A DNA stretch of 64,000 nucleotides from Candidatus Heimdallarchaeota archaeon (GTDB lineage: Archaea > Asgardarchaeota > Heimdallarchaeia > Heimdallarchaeales > Heimdallarchaeaceae). The stretch's first letter is position 1; every line of letters starts with the position of its first letter. This document shows, piece after piece, positions 9,954-20,430 of the stretch. The DNA lies in contig JAHLWR010000021.1 in NCBI GenBank assembly GCA_019057815.1, positions 1 to 64,000 on the forward strand. Direction: 5' to 3'. A model generated the notes under the pieces. The model was not told where the DNA came from. It was given only the letters and a program-made list of their open reading frames with translations, and searched no databases. The position numbers were made by a program, and so were the translations under genes.

Positions 9954-11330
9954 TTGAGTTTTCTTATATTGATTACTAACTTCGATATACGATTGTTTTA
10001 CAGATGTCCCATGCTTCTCTATCTTTCAAAGTATGGTCCTCAGAAAGAGAAAAGAATCCATCCGTTAATTCAATCAAGATCAACAAAGCATCTTCATAAT
10101 TTACCAGTTGAACAAATAATTCATAAGAATATTCGTCAAACATTTTCAAAAATGCAAACAGGTATTAGTGTTTTAAACCACAGTTGGATAGGTTCAGATA
10201 ACTATGTAGCAAAAACTGAACAATTAGTCAAAGTTTCAAAAGAAAGCATTTTCGATTCTTTTGCGTATGTTCCTTTGTTTTACAGGAAGAATCTGCGATT
10301 GAAGAAGTATTTTGTTATGGAAGGAGTTTTTTTGACATTAATTTGTTCAGAAATGCAAGGAACAGAAATAGATTATTTCTTAGTGAAAACAAAGGATGAA
10401 CAACTCCAAATTGATGTTGAAGACAAACTTGATGTTCTAGAGCAAGATCTTCTTCTGATATCGAATATTGTTAACAAAATTACAATTCCAACACCTAACT
10501 ATACTCGAGATTGCAAAATATGTGAATGGAAGCAATATTGCAAGAACCTTGCCAAAGTAACAGGTGATTTAACTTTAATCAGTGGTATTGGAAAAAGGAT
10601 TAAAAGCGAGTTAAAAAAATTAAACATCAACTCTGTTTCTGAATTAGCTTCTGCAAATCTTGAGAATGCTAATCTTGAATTTACAAGTAAAAAACATCTA
10701 GAATATATCCAACTCCAAGCACGTTCTTTCGTAAATGATGAGAACATAATTCGAGAATCCATACAATTCCCTGAAAAAACAACCGAATTATATGTCGACA
10801 TAGAAGGATCACCATATCAAGATTTTGTGTGGATGATAGGCTGTTTAGTAAAGGAAAAGGGCAGTGTTGAACACAAAAATTTCTTAGCTAAATCGCCTAA
10901 AGAAGAACAAAGTATGTTTGAATCTTTCTTAGAGTTCTTAAGAGAATATGATACCAATTACATCCTTTATCACTGGTCACAAGCAGAGCCCCAATATTTT
11001 CGAAATCTTACAAAAAAGCATGCTATCCCATTCTCTAGCCTTAAAACGATTCTTGACAATTCTCTTGATCTTTTCAAGATTTTCAAAGAAAAGACAATTT
11101 TACCTATCAGTTCTTATACTTTAAAAGAGGTAGCAAACTACATAGGCTTTCAATGGGATGAACCTTTATCTGATGGAGCTACAAGTATTGTTTTGTTTGA
11201 CAAATGGTATAACTACGGTGATCAAAAAGCATTACGTAGAGCTATTCTATATAATTCAGATGATTGCAAAGCTTTAATGATTATAAAAAATTTCATTATT
11301 AAACTCCAAAACCCTATAAAAGGGGAATAA
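9954..11330 (+). CDS. TM0106-family RecB/Cas4-like + HhH + RNase H-like protein
   Basis: RCP...CKICEWKQYC, LISGIG, YVDIEG, SYTLKEVANYIGFQW, YNSDDC. Confidence 0.85.
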   Translation: MSFLILITNFDIRLFYRCPMLLYLSKYGPQKEKRIHPLIQSRSTKHLHNLPVEQIIHKNIRQTFSKMQTGISVLNHSWIGSDNYVAKTEQLVKVSKESIFDSFAYVPLFYRKNLRLKKYFVMEGVFLTLICSEMQGTEIDYFLVKTKDEQLQIDVEDKLDVLEQDLLLISNIVNKITIPTPNYTRDCKICEWKQYCKNLAKVTGDLTLISGIGKRIKSELKKLNINSVSELASANLENANLEFTSKKHLEYIQLQARSFVNDENIIRESIQFPEKTTELYVDIEGSPYQDFVWMIGCLVKEKGSVEHKNFLAKSPKEEQSMFESFLEFLREYDTNYILYHWSQAEPQYFRNLTKKHAIPFSSLKTILDNSLDLFKIFKEKTILPISSYTLKEVANYIGFQWDEPLSDGATSIVLFDKWYNYGDQKALRRAILYNSDDCKALMIIKNFIIKLQNPIKGE

Positions 11331-11425
11331 GGGCACCTTATAATGTTTTTAAATGATTTTTCAATAAAAAATCTTGCTAATATAGGATGCAAAAGACATA
11401 TTAGTAAGTAATTTTAGCGAATATT

Positions 11426-12403
11426 ATGTCATCCAAAGAAGACTACCATGGCGATTTAGGAATTATTGGGGGAGGAGTTGGAGGGTTAGGCGCTGCTATC
11501 ATTGGATCATATAAAGGACTTAAAGTTAAGATATTTGAAGGGGGAAGATACGGTGGTATCGTTTCTACATTATATAGCAGAAAAATTGTTGAAAACTACC
11601 CTGGTGCCCCGAGTATACTCGGTAAACGCTTAATAGATGAATTTGTAATTCAATCCCGTGAAGTCCAAGCAGAGATGATCAATGAGCGAGTTATTAATGT
11701 CGAAAAAAAAGATGATGAACTTATAGTGATTACTAATGAAGGCCGATATAAGTTTCGAAGCATAATAATTGCTACTGGTTCCCAACCTTCTGAACTTGGT
11801 ATTACTGGAGAAAGAAAATTTAAAATTAAAGATAGAGGAGTATATAATTTCGTTACTGATCCTGACAGATTTAAGGGTTGCAATGTTCTAATTGTAGGTG
11901 GTGGCGATACTGCCATAGATGCGGTTCATGAAATCAAAGATAAAGCTAAAAAAATATATCTTGTTCATAGACGTGATAGTTTCAGAGCTGCTGAAACAAA
12001 AGTTAATCAAATTGTCAAAGAGAATCTCGCTGAGATAATTTATAACAGTCAAATTCATGAACTTAAAGGCGAAAAAATGCTTGAAGCTGCCGTTTTAGAA
12101 GATATCAACACTCACTTGAAAAGAGAAGTTGAAGTTGATAAGTGTATCCTAGCAGTAGGTATGTCAACAAATCTAGACATATTCTCTGATTTGGGTTTAC
12201 AAACAGAAGGAAAATACATTAAAGTCGACAAAGAGATGCGTACTAATGTACTAGGTGTTTTTGCAATAGGTGATATAGCAACCCAATATCAACTAATAGT
12301 TATTGCTGTAGCCCAAGGAGCTATCGCTGCACATAATTCTTTTGGTATGATACGTAAACCTTATTGGTATAAAGATGAAGGATGGCCAGAAAATATAGAG
12401 TAA
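11426..12403 (+). CDS. TrxR-fold FAD oxidoreductase lacking CxxC, probably ferredoxin-NADP reductase type
   Basis: IIGGGVGG, ENYPG, GGGDTA, HRRDSFRA, FAIGD; YNFVTD occupies the CxxC position. Confidence 0.8.
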   Translation: MSSKEDYHGDLGIIGGGVGGLGAAIIGSYKGLKVKIFEGGRYGGIVSTLYSRKIVENYPGAPSILGKRLIDEFVIQSREVQAEMINERVINVEKKDDELIVITNEGRYKFRSIIIATGSQPSELGITGERKFKIKDRGVYNFVTDPDRFKGCNVLIVGGGDTAIDAVHEIKDKAKKIYLVHRRDSFRAAETKVNQIVKENLAEIIYNSQIHELKGEKMLEAAVLEDINTHLKREVEVDKCILAVGMSTNLDIFSDLGLQTEGKYIKVDKEMRTNVLGVFAIGDIATQYQLIVIAVAQGAIAAHNSFGMIRKPYWYKDEGWPENIE

Positions 12404-12443
12404 GGAATTTACTTATTTTCTTTTTCTAATTCTTTTTCATCTT

Positions 12444-13157
12444 TTAATACTGAAATAAAAGATATAACAACAATGCTACTGATGTTGGGACTGTAAAATT
12501 ATCAATAAACTTGTAATTAAGAGCTTCAATAATCGTTCCCACTAGACTAATTACTAAAATCTTCCAGTAAATGATTTGGTAAAACATGGAGTTAGCAGCA
12601 AAACCTATCAACAATCCAATAAAAATACCGATGAAAACGCTAAGTGAACCCTCTAAACTTTTTTTTTCAATAATTTTATATCTTATCCTCCCAAAAGGTC
12701 TTCCTATCATCTCACCTAAACCATCTCCTAAACTAAGAGAAAGTACAGCTCCTGTATATATATACAAATGATTAATGAATATCATTAGTAACACAAATAC
12801 TGTTGTAGCTGTTAGTGCAGAATTCAAACTCATTTCTAGTTTCGACTCACCACTTCTTGTAGTATATTCAATTACTCTTTGGGTAAATCTTATCTGTGGA
12901 ATAAATGAAATTAAAATGACTATTACTCCCATTATAGTTAAACATATTAACAAATCAAACAAATTATGTAAAAATACAGGAAAAATTGCTAAAGTGGTAT
13001 GTAAAACCATATGAGCTATTTTTCTTCTCTGCCACTCACCAAATTTTAAAACTCTTAAAAAAAAAGGGACGTAAAAACTTGCAAATAGGACTATATTTAC
13101 CACTATAACGAAAACCCAGTCTATCGTAGTTGGATCAAAAAGCATTTCCAGCACCAT
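12444..13157 (-). CDS. CTP-dependent polyprenol/diacylglycerol kinase (SEC59/DGK1/VTE5 family)
   Basis: RRKIAH, GDGLGEMIGRPFG, KSLEGS, DNFTVP; multi-pass membrane protein. Confidence 0.88.
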   Translation of the reverse strand: MVLEMLFDPTTIDWVFVIVVNIVLFASFYVPFFLRVLKFGEWQRRKIAHMVLHTTLAIFPVFLHNLFDLLICLTIMGVIVILISFIPQIRFTQRVIEYTTRSGESKLEMSLNSALTATTVFVLLMIFINHLYIYTGAVLSLSLGDGLGEMIGRPFGRIRYKIIEKKSLEGSLSVFIGIFIGLLIGFAANSMFYQIIYWKILVISLVGTIIEALNYKFIDNFTVPTSVALLLYLLFQY

Positions 13158-13158
13158 T

Positions 13159-13710
13159 TCATGTTTCTTTAGGTTTGCATAGAAGTTCTTTCATTCTTAA
13201 ATCAAAGAACGTGTGGCTGTGTGCAGCTTTTATTAACCAAGCTGTATCTGCTCCTCTCCCTGTTCCTCCAACCGCAATTACATCTCTTATCTTAATAGCA
13301 CCCGCATCTGCTGCCATTAAAACAATCTCCACGCACACTTTTGTTCCTTGTCCAAAAATCCTCAAAGCATCAGCTATTATCTCACTAGTTTCCCATGTTC
13401 CATGCTTCTTACGTATAGCTCTGTCAATACCAGCTAAGGCGTGAGTTGCTGTTACTACGCTAACTCCCTTATTGTGCAATTCTTTAAGAGTCTCATAACT
13501 AATTTCAAGTTCACCTGGATCTTTAAAGCCTGCTTGATGGGTAACAATGACTAAATCGTCTACCGGGAAAAAATTCACTGCTTTCAGCGCTGTTATTCCT
13601 GATGTTGTTGCAACAATGATTTTTTCAACATCCCCTACCTTCCAGCGTTCTTGTACTATTTTAAAGACTTGTTCTGTGTAATGCCCTGGTTTAGGAAAAT
13701 ACATTATCAT
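13159..13710 (-). CDS. Pyruvate-kinase C-terminal-like protein (COG1751 type)
   Basis: VATTSGITA, FGQGTKVCVEIVLMAADAG, GGTGRGADTA. Confidence 0.85.
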   Translation of the reverse strand: MIMYFPKPGHYTEQVFKIVQERWKVGDVEKIIVATTSGITALKAVNFFPVDDLVIVTHQAGFKDPGELEISYETLKELHNKGVSVVTATHALAGIDRAIRKKHGTWETSEIIADALRIFGQGTKVCVEIVLMAADAGAIKIRDVIAVGGTGRGADTAWLIKAAHSHTFFDLRMKELLCKPKET

Positions 13711-13897
13711 AATCTACTTTTGGAACTATATATGTTTTTTTAGAAGTGATTTTATTAAATTATTTTGGAAGTTAGCTGAATAAGTACAATTTTGTTAGAA
13801 ATATTTCTCATTATAGAGTAATTCTTTAGAAATCTTGATTTTAAAAAAGATTTTTTCAAAAAAGATTTATAGATAGCTAAATAATTGACTATTAAGA

Positions 13898-14311
13898 ATG
13901 AGTAAAAAGTTTGATTGTGAACAAGAAAAAGTCAACATTTTAAAAATCAGCACAAGGAATCTCATACCTGATAAAGTAAAAGCTGATATTTTGACTAAAT
14001 TAACAGAATGTGTACTCACAGCTATACCTTTACTTGGTAGAGATTTTATATATTCTATTCTTTTAAAAACAACTAGGGAATGGGAAATTGAGGAAAAGCA
14101 AAGGTTGAATAATTTCAAATTTATTCACGTTAATGAAAGAATGAAAGCCTTTGATAAAATCTTTACTTTTTTTATCTTAACTTTGAATGATTTATTATTT
14201 GAAGCCGTGGACGAACAAACTACAAGTTTCTTACGTAATGCTACTTTAACTAACTACAAAGACTTACTAGAAGCAGAAGGCTATGTTGTCAGTTACCAAA
14301 TTAAAAAATAA
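13898..14311 (+). CDS. Hypothetical helical protein
   Basis: 137-aa ATG-started ORF filling the gap between genes. Confidence 0.6.
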   Translation: MSKKFDCEQEKVNILKISTRNLIPDKVKADILTKLTECVLTAIPLLGRDFIYSILLKTTREWEIEEKQRLNNFKFIHVNERMKAFDKIFTFFILTLNDLLFEAVDEQTTSFLRNATLTNYKDLLEAEGYVVSYQIKK

Positions 14312-14342
14312 TATTAATCTTAAAGTGTTAAGTTATTTCAAT

Positions 14343-14807
14343 TTACTTTTTCTTCCTCTTTTTTGCTTTTTTGATTTTCAATCTTATCCAATCATCTATG
14401 GATTCATCATTTAATAGTTCATCACAATATTGCCAGTGACCTCCTGCTATTAACCCCATTAGAGCTAGTTTCCTTGTTTTGGTTAACCTAGTTGTGGTAA
14501 CAACAATCACAAAAAGGAATCTTGATGCTTCTTCTCTAAGTTTCTTTGTATTCAAATCAGTTCTTAATGATATCTCATCATTTTGTAATGTAATTGCAAT
14601 ATTCCTACTAAGTGAACTCAAGCCTGCAAATTTAACTAATGCTAGTAAGGAGTAGTTCCTTACCCATCTATCCATTGTAGGTCTTTTTACATGACCAAAT
14701 AGTGAATTTAGGCATCCATATTTGATTAATTCTTGAAGAGCTTTTTTTCGAATTTCATCGTCTAGAGAATTATTAAAGACGATTTTGTTATACTCTTCAT
14801 AAGTCAT
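14343..14807 (-). CDS. Hypothetical protein with HEAT-like repeats
   Basis: DDEIRKKAL / DRWVRNYSL / DDWIRLKI repeats. Confidence 0.6.
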   Translation of the reverse strand: MTYEEYNKIVFNNSLDDEIRKKALQELIKYGCLNSLFGHVKRPTMDRWVRNYSLLALVKFAGLSSLSRNIAITLQNDEISLRTDLNTKKLREEASRFLFVIVVTTTRLTKTRKLALMGLIAGGHWQYCDELLNDESIDDWIRLKIKKAKKRKKK

Positions 14808-14891
14808 GTTTTACTATATGCTTCAGAAATAAATGAAGCTTTGCATTCTATTTGCGAAACTTTTTATTGGACTTAGAAGTTTCAACTTATA

Positions 14892-15410
14892 ATGGATTCT
14901 GTAACCCATGGAAGCGTCTCCGTTTTAATAGGATTGATTTTTATCCAATTTTACAAGGATGTTCCTTTAATACTTCTTATATTGGTCATATTTGTTTTTG
15001 GTATTTTAATTGACTATGATCATGTTTTTTATTATAGAAAGAATTACGAAAAAATCAAATTCTGGGATATTCCTGGTTTCATAAGGTTGTATTTCAAAAC
15101 AATTGATCAAAGAGATACGAACATTAACCATAGTTGGTTGCATGAGCCATTTGGTGTTATTATAGTAAGCGGATTGAGTTATCTAATATTTGGCTTTACT
15201 CCTTATCCTGAACTTGTAATCTTAGCAATAAGCTGTTATGTCGGTCATTTTCTTGTTGATTTGATATCGGGGAAAATGAAACCTTTATCCCCATTTAATA
15301 ATAAAATAACTATAGATTTACACATTCTACCGGCTAATTCTTTTACAGCAGCAACTTTATCATTAGTTGCTTTTCTTATAGGTCTGACAATACAGCTATT
15401 ATTATTGTGA
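14892..15410 (+). CDS. Membrane-bound metal-dependent hydrolase (YdjM-like)
   Basis: MDSVTH, DYDH, HSWLH, HFLVD. Confidence 0.8.
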   Translation: MDSVTHGSVSVLIGLIFIQFYKDVPLILLILVIFVFGILIDYDHVFYYRKNYEKIKFWDIPGFIRLYFKTIDQRDTNINHSWLHEPFGVIIVSGLSYLIFGFTPYPELVILAISCYVGHFLVDLISGKMKPLSPFNNKITIDLHILPANSFTAATLSLVAFLIGLTIQLLLL

Positions 15411-15462
15411 ATTTCATTGAAGTCTCGATACATTTTTCAATCAATAAGCTCTAAAATTATTA

Positions 15463-17841
15463 ATGTCTGCAAAAATAGTAGGCAAAGTACCACTTTGGCT
15501 TATCAAAATCTTCATAAGAAGAATCATACATCCAAGACTTAACAAAGATGCTCAAGTTGTACCTCCTGAAATTTGGGAAAATGTAGGCAAAGTAATAGAT
15601 TTTAAAGATACAAAAAAAGGGATTGATTTTGTTCTAGAAAGGGGGAAAATGCGAATATTGTCCTTTAAAGAAGGTATAATTCAAATCCAAATTGTTAAAG
15701 AAGACTTCATTTTCCCTGAATCTTACGCAATAGAATTAGACCCAGAGCACAAACCTTCGCTAACTGTGGAAAAAAGATCTGGTTTTATAATAGTGTCACA
15801 AAATTCGAAGAATAAAGATAAACTTCGTGTAAAAATTAGTAAGAATGATGGTAAATTTAACTTAATATATGGTAAAAACGAGAAGCTATTTGCTAATGCA
15901 ATCCCTTTGATTTCTTCAGATAATTGGTATTCTTTACAATATCATTCAGGATCAAAAGATGATCATTACTTTGGTTTCGGTGAAACAGCTGGAGATTTGG
16001 ATAAAAGAGAGAGTACAATATCCTTCTGGAATAAAGATTCCGTTGCTTATCAAACCACAGAAACGCAACTATATCAAACTCAACCGTTGCAAATTATTGT
16101 AAGAGAAAATGGATTCTGTTATGGTATGATATTTGATAACAGTTACAAAAGCCAATTTAAAAATGAAAAACAAGAAAAATTTTATCAAACTAAGTATTCC
16201 GTAAGCAATCTTGGAATTAACCTATATGTAATTCTAGGACCTACTGTAGACGGTTTGTTCGAGAAATTATCCAAACTTCTTGGAAAAGCTCCTTTTCCAC
16301 CTTTATCGACTTTAGGCAATCACCAAAGTCGATGGTCGTATTATCCAGAAGATGAAGTCAGAAAACTTGCGGATACATTCATAAGTAAAAAGATCCCATT
16401 AGATTTTATCCATCTAGATATCGATTATATGGATGATTATAGAATTTTCACTTGGGATAAAGAAAAGTTTCCTAATCCAAAAAAACTCTCAGATGATTTA
16501 GCAGAACAAGGTATTAAATTAATAGCTATTACTAATCCTGGAGTTAAAATTGATACAGATTCTGTTATGTATCAACAAGGGTTAAAAGAAAAGTATTTTT
16601 GTCTTAATCCAGATAAAACCAGTCCTTTTGTAGGTACAGTCTGGTCAGGAAAATGTCACTTTCCTGATTTTTCAGAAGCGAGAACAAGAGAGTGGTTTGG
16701 TAAACATTATGCTACATTAACTGAAGCAGGAATATCTGGTTTCTGGATTGATATGAATGAGCCTGCATTTTTCTCAACTGAGGAATACCCAATAAATGAT
16801 ATGATTCATTCAAATAATGGGAATTTTACATCTCATGAAGAATTGCATAATGTTTATGGTCATTTAATGGCTCAAGCAACTTTTGAGGGATTACAAAAAA
16901 TCCTTCCAGACAAAAGAATCTTCGTTTTAACGCGTTCAGCTTATCTAGGAACTCATAGATATGCTGGTTCCTGGACTGGTGATAATATAGCTGAGTGGAC
17001 ACATTTGCAAGTTAGTCTTCCTATGTTGATGAACATGGCTGTGAGTGGGCAAATTATGATTGGATCAGACATAGGTGGCTTTATTGGAAAATCATCTGGT
17101 GAGTTGCTTGTGCGATGGTATCAAGCTTCTATTCTATTTCCGTTCTTTAGGAATCATGCAATAAACAAAACTTGCAGTCAGGAACCTTGGAAAGTAGGAA
17201 AAAGGAAGGAAGCGTTGATAAGAAAAACAATAAAACTTCGCTATTCACTAATATTGTATATGTATAATTCAATTAGAATTGCTTGTGAAACTGGGAAACC
17301 CGCTTATAGATCTCTCTGGGTTGATTATCCTGATGATTCTAATGTTTATAAAAAAGAATGGGCGGAAACTGAATATTTACTCGGAGATAAAATGTTAATT
17401 GCTCCAATACTTCACAGAGGAAAGAGAAAAAGAGAGGTTTACCTTCCAAAAGGTATTTGGTATGACTTTGAGGGTAAAGAGTATGAAGGAGGTAAAACCT
17501 ATGAAGTATCAGCACCTCTCGATGCTATTCCTATTTTTGTAAAAGATGGTTCAATCATACCCTTTATTCAGGAATATATACAACATACAGGCGAGATAGA
17601 CAAAGTATCTTTTCTGATTTTTAGTCGCTCTACAGCTGAAGGAACAGTTTATTTGGATGACGGGGATACCCTTGGTTATCTAGATGGTGATTATGAACTA
17701 GTTACTATTTCAGCAAAGAAAAGAGGAAGAACATGGAATGTTCACATAAGTAGAGAAGGACAGAAGAGAAAATACGTTAAAATTGGCTCAATTGATATTG
17801 TTGGTCAAGATCAAGACAACTACGTTATCTTTGAAAAATAA
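15463..17841 (+). CDS. GH31 alpha-glucosidase
   Basis: HLDIDYM, FWIDMNEP, WTGDN, GSDIGGF, FRNH. Confidence 0.95.
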   Translation: MSAKIVGKVPLWLIKIFIRRIIHPRLNKDAQVVPPEIWENVGKVIDFKDTKKGIDFVLERGKMRILSFKEGIIQIQIVKEDFIFPESYAIELDPEHKPSLTVEKRSGFIIVSQNSKNKDKLRVKISKNDGKFNLIYGKNEKLFANAIPLISSDNWYSLQYHSGSKDDHYFGFGETAGDLDKRESTISFWNKDSVAYQTTETQLYQTQPLQIIVRENGFCYGMIFDNSYKSQFKNEKQEKFYQTKYSVSNLGINLYVILGPTVDGLFEKLSKLLGKAPFPPLSTLGNHQSRWSYYPEDEVRKLADTFISKKIPLDFIHLDIDYMDDYRIFTWDKEKFPNPKKLSDDLAEQGIKLIAITNPGVKIDTDSVMYQQGLKEKYFCLNPDKTSPFVGTVWSGKCHFPDFSEARTREWFGKHYATLTEAGISGFWIDMNEPAFFSTEEYPINDMIHSNNGNFTSHEELHNVYGHLMAQATFEGLQKILPDKRIFVLTRSAYLGTHRYAGSWTGDNIAEWTHLQVSLPMLMNMAVSGQIMIGSDIGGFIGKSSGELLVRWYQASILFPFFRNHAINKTCSQEPWKVGKRKEALIRKTIKLRYSLILYMYNSIRIACETGKPAYRSLWVDYPDDSNVYKKEWAETEYLLGDKMLIAPILHRGKRKREVYLPKGIWYDFEGKEYEGGKTYEVSAPLDAIPIFVKDGSIIPFIQEYIQHTGEIDKVSFLIFSRSTAEGTVYLDDGDTLGYLDGDYELVTISAKKRGRTWNVHISREGQKRKYVKIGSIDIVGQDQDNYVIFEK

Positions 17842-17860
17842 GCAAAAAAGGAAGGAAAAT

Positions 17861-19363
17861 CTAAAAGTTATATAATTTAGAATATTTTTCATTTAGGTAA
17901 TCTATCAGATATTTAGGTGTTGGTTCCTCTCCTGTTACTCCCTTAAGTAATTCGGATGGATCATACATGTTTCCTTTTTCATGAATGTTTTCTTTGAACC
18001 AGTTAGTAACGATTTCAATGTTACCATTTTCTAATTCTTCTTTCCAGTTAGGAATGTCTTTTTTAAGTTTAGCAAAAAATTGCGCACCAAAAATGTTTCC
18101 CATTGAGTACGTGGGAAAATAACCTACCATTCCTCCAGACCAATGAACATCTTGCATTACACCTTCAGCATCGTCTTGTACATCGTATCCCAGCATTTCT
18201 CTCATCTTTTCATTCCATACTTTGGGTAAATCTGCTACCTCTATGTTTCCTTCAATCAAATCCTTTTCAATTTCGAATCTGAGTATAATGTGTAAATTAT
18301 AAGTAACTTCATCTGCTTCTACTCTTATAGCTGAAGATTTAACGCTGTTAATAGCGAAGATGAATTGTTCATAAGTGACATCTTCAAAGATTGTGCCAGT
18401 GATTTCTTTAAAGCGTGAAAAGTAGAACTTCCAGAAAGATTCGCTTCTACCAATAATATTCTCATAAAAACGAGAACTCGATTCATGAATGCCCATACTA
18501 CAATAATTACCGATAGGCTGATATCTCCACTCTTTCTTTTGGTTCTGATCATAACATCCATGCCCAGCTTCATGCATAGTTGCAAACAAAGAGCTTGTAA
18601 AATGGTTTTCTAAATATCTGGTTGTAATGCGAACATCATCATAGCTCCCTGTAGTGAAAGGATGAGCTGCTATGTCTAGTCGACCTCTTTTCAAATCATA
18701 ACCAATAAGAGGAATAATGTCATCTGAAATTTTTTTCTGAATTTCAGTTGGACAATGACGGTGAATGATAGTTTCATCTGGTTTATTTGAAGCATTTTGA
18801 CATTTCTTAATTAGCTCTACAGTCGCTACTTTCAGAGGAGTAAAAATCCTAGTATAAGATTCTACAGACATACCAGGTTCGAAAAAGTCTAGCATTACAT
18901 CATAAGGAGAAAGATCTGGATTTAAATAATGAGCATACTTCTTTCCAAATTCAATCATTTTTTCTAGAAAAGGTAAGTAGGTTGCGAAATCATTATTCTT
19001 TCTTGCGTTTTTCCAGATTTCATGCGTTATTACGGATTGTTTAGTAAATTCAGCAACAAAGTCAGTAGGGAGTTTAGTTTTTTTATCATACTCTCTTTTC
19101 ACAAGGTATATGTTCCTTTTCTCAGTTTCAGATATTTTCTCATATTCAGGATGTTCTAGAATTTCCTTAATAATTATGCCAATCAACGGATCTATAGACT
19201 TTAAATGTGCTAGTTTGCTGATATATGCCATCTGATTCCCCCTTTGTTCAACTGACCCCTCAGGTAACATTACTAGTGTATCCCAACCCATTAAACTGGA
19301 AATCTCTTCAATAACTTGAATTTCCTGAGCTTTTGACATTAATTCTTTGTATTTCTCTTTCAT
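17861..19363 (-). CDS. Carboxypeptidase, M32 family
   Basis: HPF, HEAGH, HESSS, IRVEADE, QDVHW, GYFPTY. Confidence 0.96.
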   Translation of the reverse strand: MKEKYKELMSKAQEIQVIEEISSLMGWDTLVMLPEGSVEQRGNQMAYISKLAHLKSIDPLIGIIIKEILEHPEYEKISETEKRNIYLVKREYDKKTKLPTDFVAEFTKQSVITHEIWKNARKNNDFATYLPFLEKMIEFGKKYAHYLNPDLSPYDVMLDFFEPGMSVESYTRIFTPLKVATVELIKKCQNASNKPDETIIHRHCPTEIQKKISDDIIPLIGYDLKRGRLDIAAHPFTTGSYDDVRITTRYLENHFTSSLFATMHEAGHGCYDQNQKKEWRYQPIGNYCSMGIHESSSRFYENIIGRSESFWKFYFSRFKEITGTIFEDVTYEQFIFAINSVKSSAIRVEADEVTYNLHIILRFEIEKDLIEGNIEVADLPKVWNEKMREMLGYDVQDDAEGVMQDVHWSGGMVGYFPTYSMGNIFGAQFFAKLKKDIPNWKEELENGNIEIVTNWFKENIHEKGNMYDPSELLKGVTGEEPTPKYLIDYLNEKYSKLYNF

Positions 19364-19512
19364 TCGAATATATCTCTTTTTGATAACTTCCATTGGCGCA
19401 ACTGATAAATTTTTGGAATTAGCATATTAGTACTATTTTAAATAGAAGATTATTCATATTCTTCTTTGTAACATGATTATTTGCAAATAATTGATGTTAG
19501 AAGTGGTAATTA

Positions 19513-20310
19513 ATGAGAAAAAGATCTAAAGTGCTAGTATTGTTCTTTATATTCGGTTTAGTATTGACCTCATTGAACTCAATTTCAGCAATGGTCGAGA
19601 TTGAAATTGATTCTCTTATATTCCACGAATCAGTAGAAAAAGATGCTGTATTCAATTGGGAAATAAAGAAATTCACATTTGAAGGTGAAATATTTAGTAC
19701 AACTACATTTCCAATGCCTTATCAAGAGGGGGACATATTAACATTAAAGGTCATTAAAGATCCCTCTGAAGCTAACCTTTCATCATCAAACTTGGGGATA
19801 TTTGAATATCAAATTAATGGAACACCGGTTACTACAGATTTTTTTGTGGAACCCGGATTTTCTCTCCTTGGTATAACTTATTTTGGTTTTTTTATTTCCT
19901 CACTGTTACCTCTCCAATTTACTAATAGCAGTGGTACATACGACTTTTTCGAATTTTACTATGAAATGCTATTATGGCAGAAAGAAATAATAGAATCACA
20001 ACTTGAAAACACAACAATGACAGTTGAGCTAGATAGCAAATATCTAACTAACACACAAGATCTTGTTATGGACGGAGACGATTATTCAATTGAAAGTTAT
20101 AGTACTATTAAATGGAATAGAAAGACTGGCTTTCTTGAGAAATCTGAAGGTTACACTGAGATAAACTTTAGTGGTAGTCTAGTAACTTCTGAAGTATTAA
20201 TAGAATTGCAGAAATTCATTAGCATTCCATTCAATTGGTATTATAGTTTATTCTCCGTGTTTATTATTGGTATGTTTGTTCTTGTTTTGAGGAAAAAGAA
20301 AATTGTCTAA
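19513..20310 (+). CDS. Secreted protein with C-terminal membrane anchor
   Basis: Signal peptide; IPF-TM-RKKK tail. Confidence 0.7.
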   Translation: MRKRSKVLVLFFIFGLVLTSLNSISAMVEIEIDSLIFHESVEKDAVFNWEIKKFTFEGEIFSTTTFPMPYQEGDILTLKVIKDPSEANLSSSNLGIFEYQINGTPVTTDFFVEPGFSLLGITYFGFFISSLLPLQFTNSSGTYDFFEFYYEMLLWQKEIIESQLENTTMTVELDSKYLTNTQDLVMDGDDYSIESYSTIKWNRKTGFLEKSEGYTEINFSGSLVTSEVLIELQKFISIPFNWYYSLFSVFIIGMFVLVLRKKKIV

Positions 20311-20430
20311 AATCTTTTCCTTTTTTCATCTTCAAATTAGAAATATTACCAACAATTTGCGATTCAATCCTACATTTGTTTTTTTCAGTATAAATAAATA
20401 GTAGTGTTTTTCACTTTGTAATGGATAATT

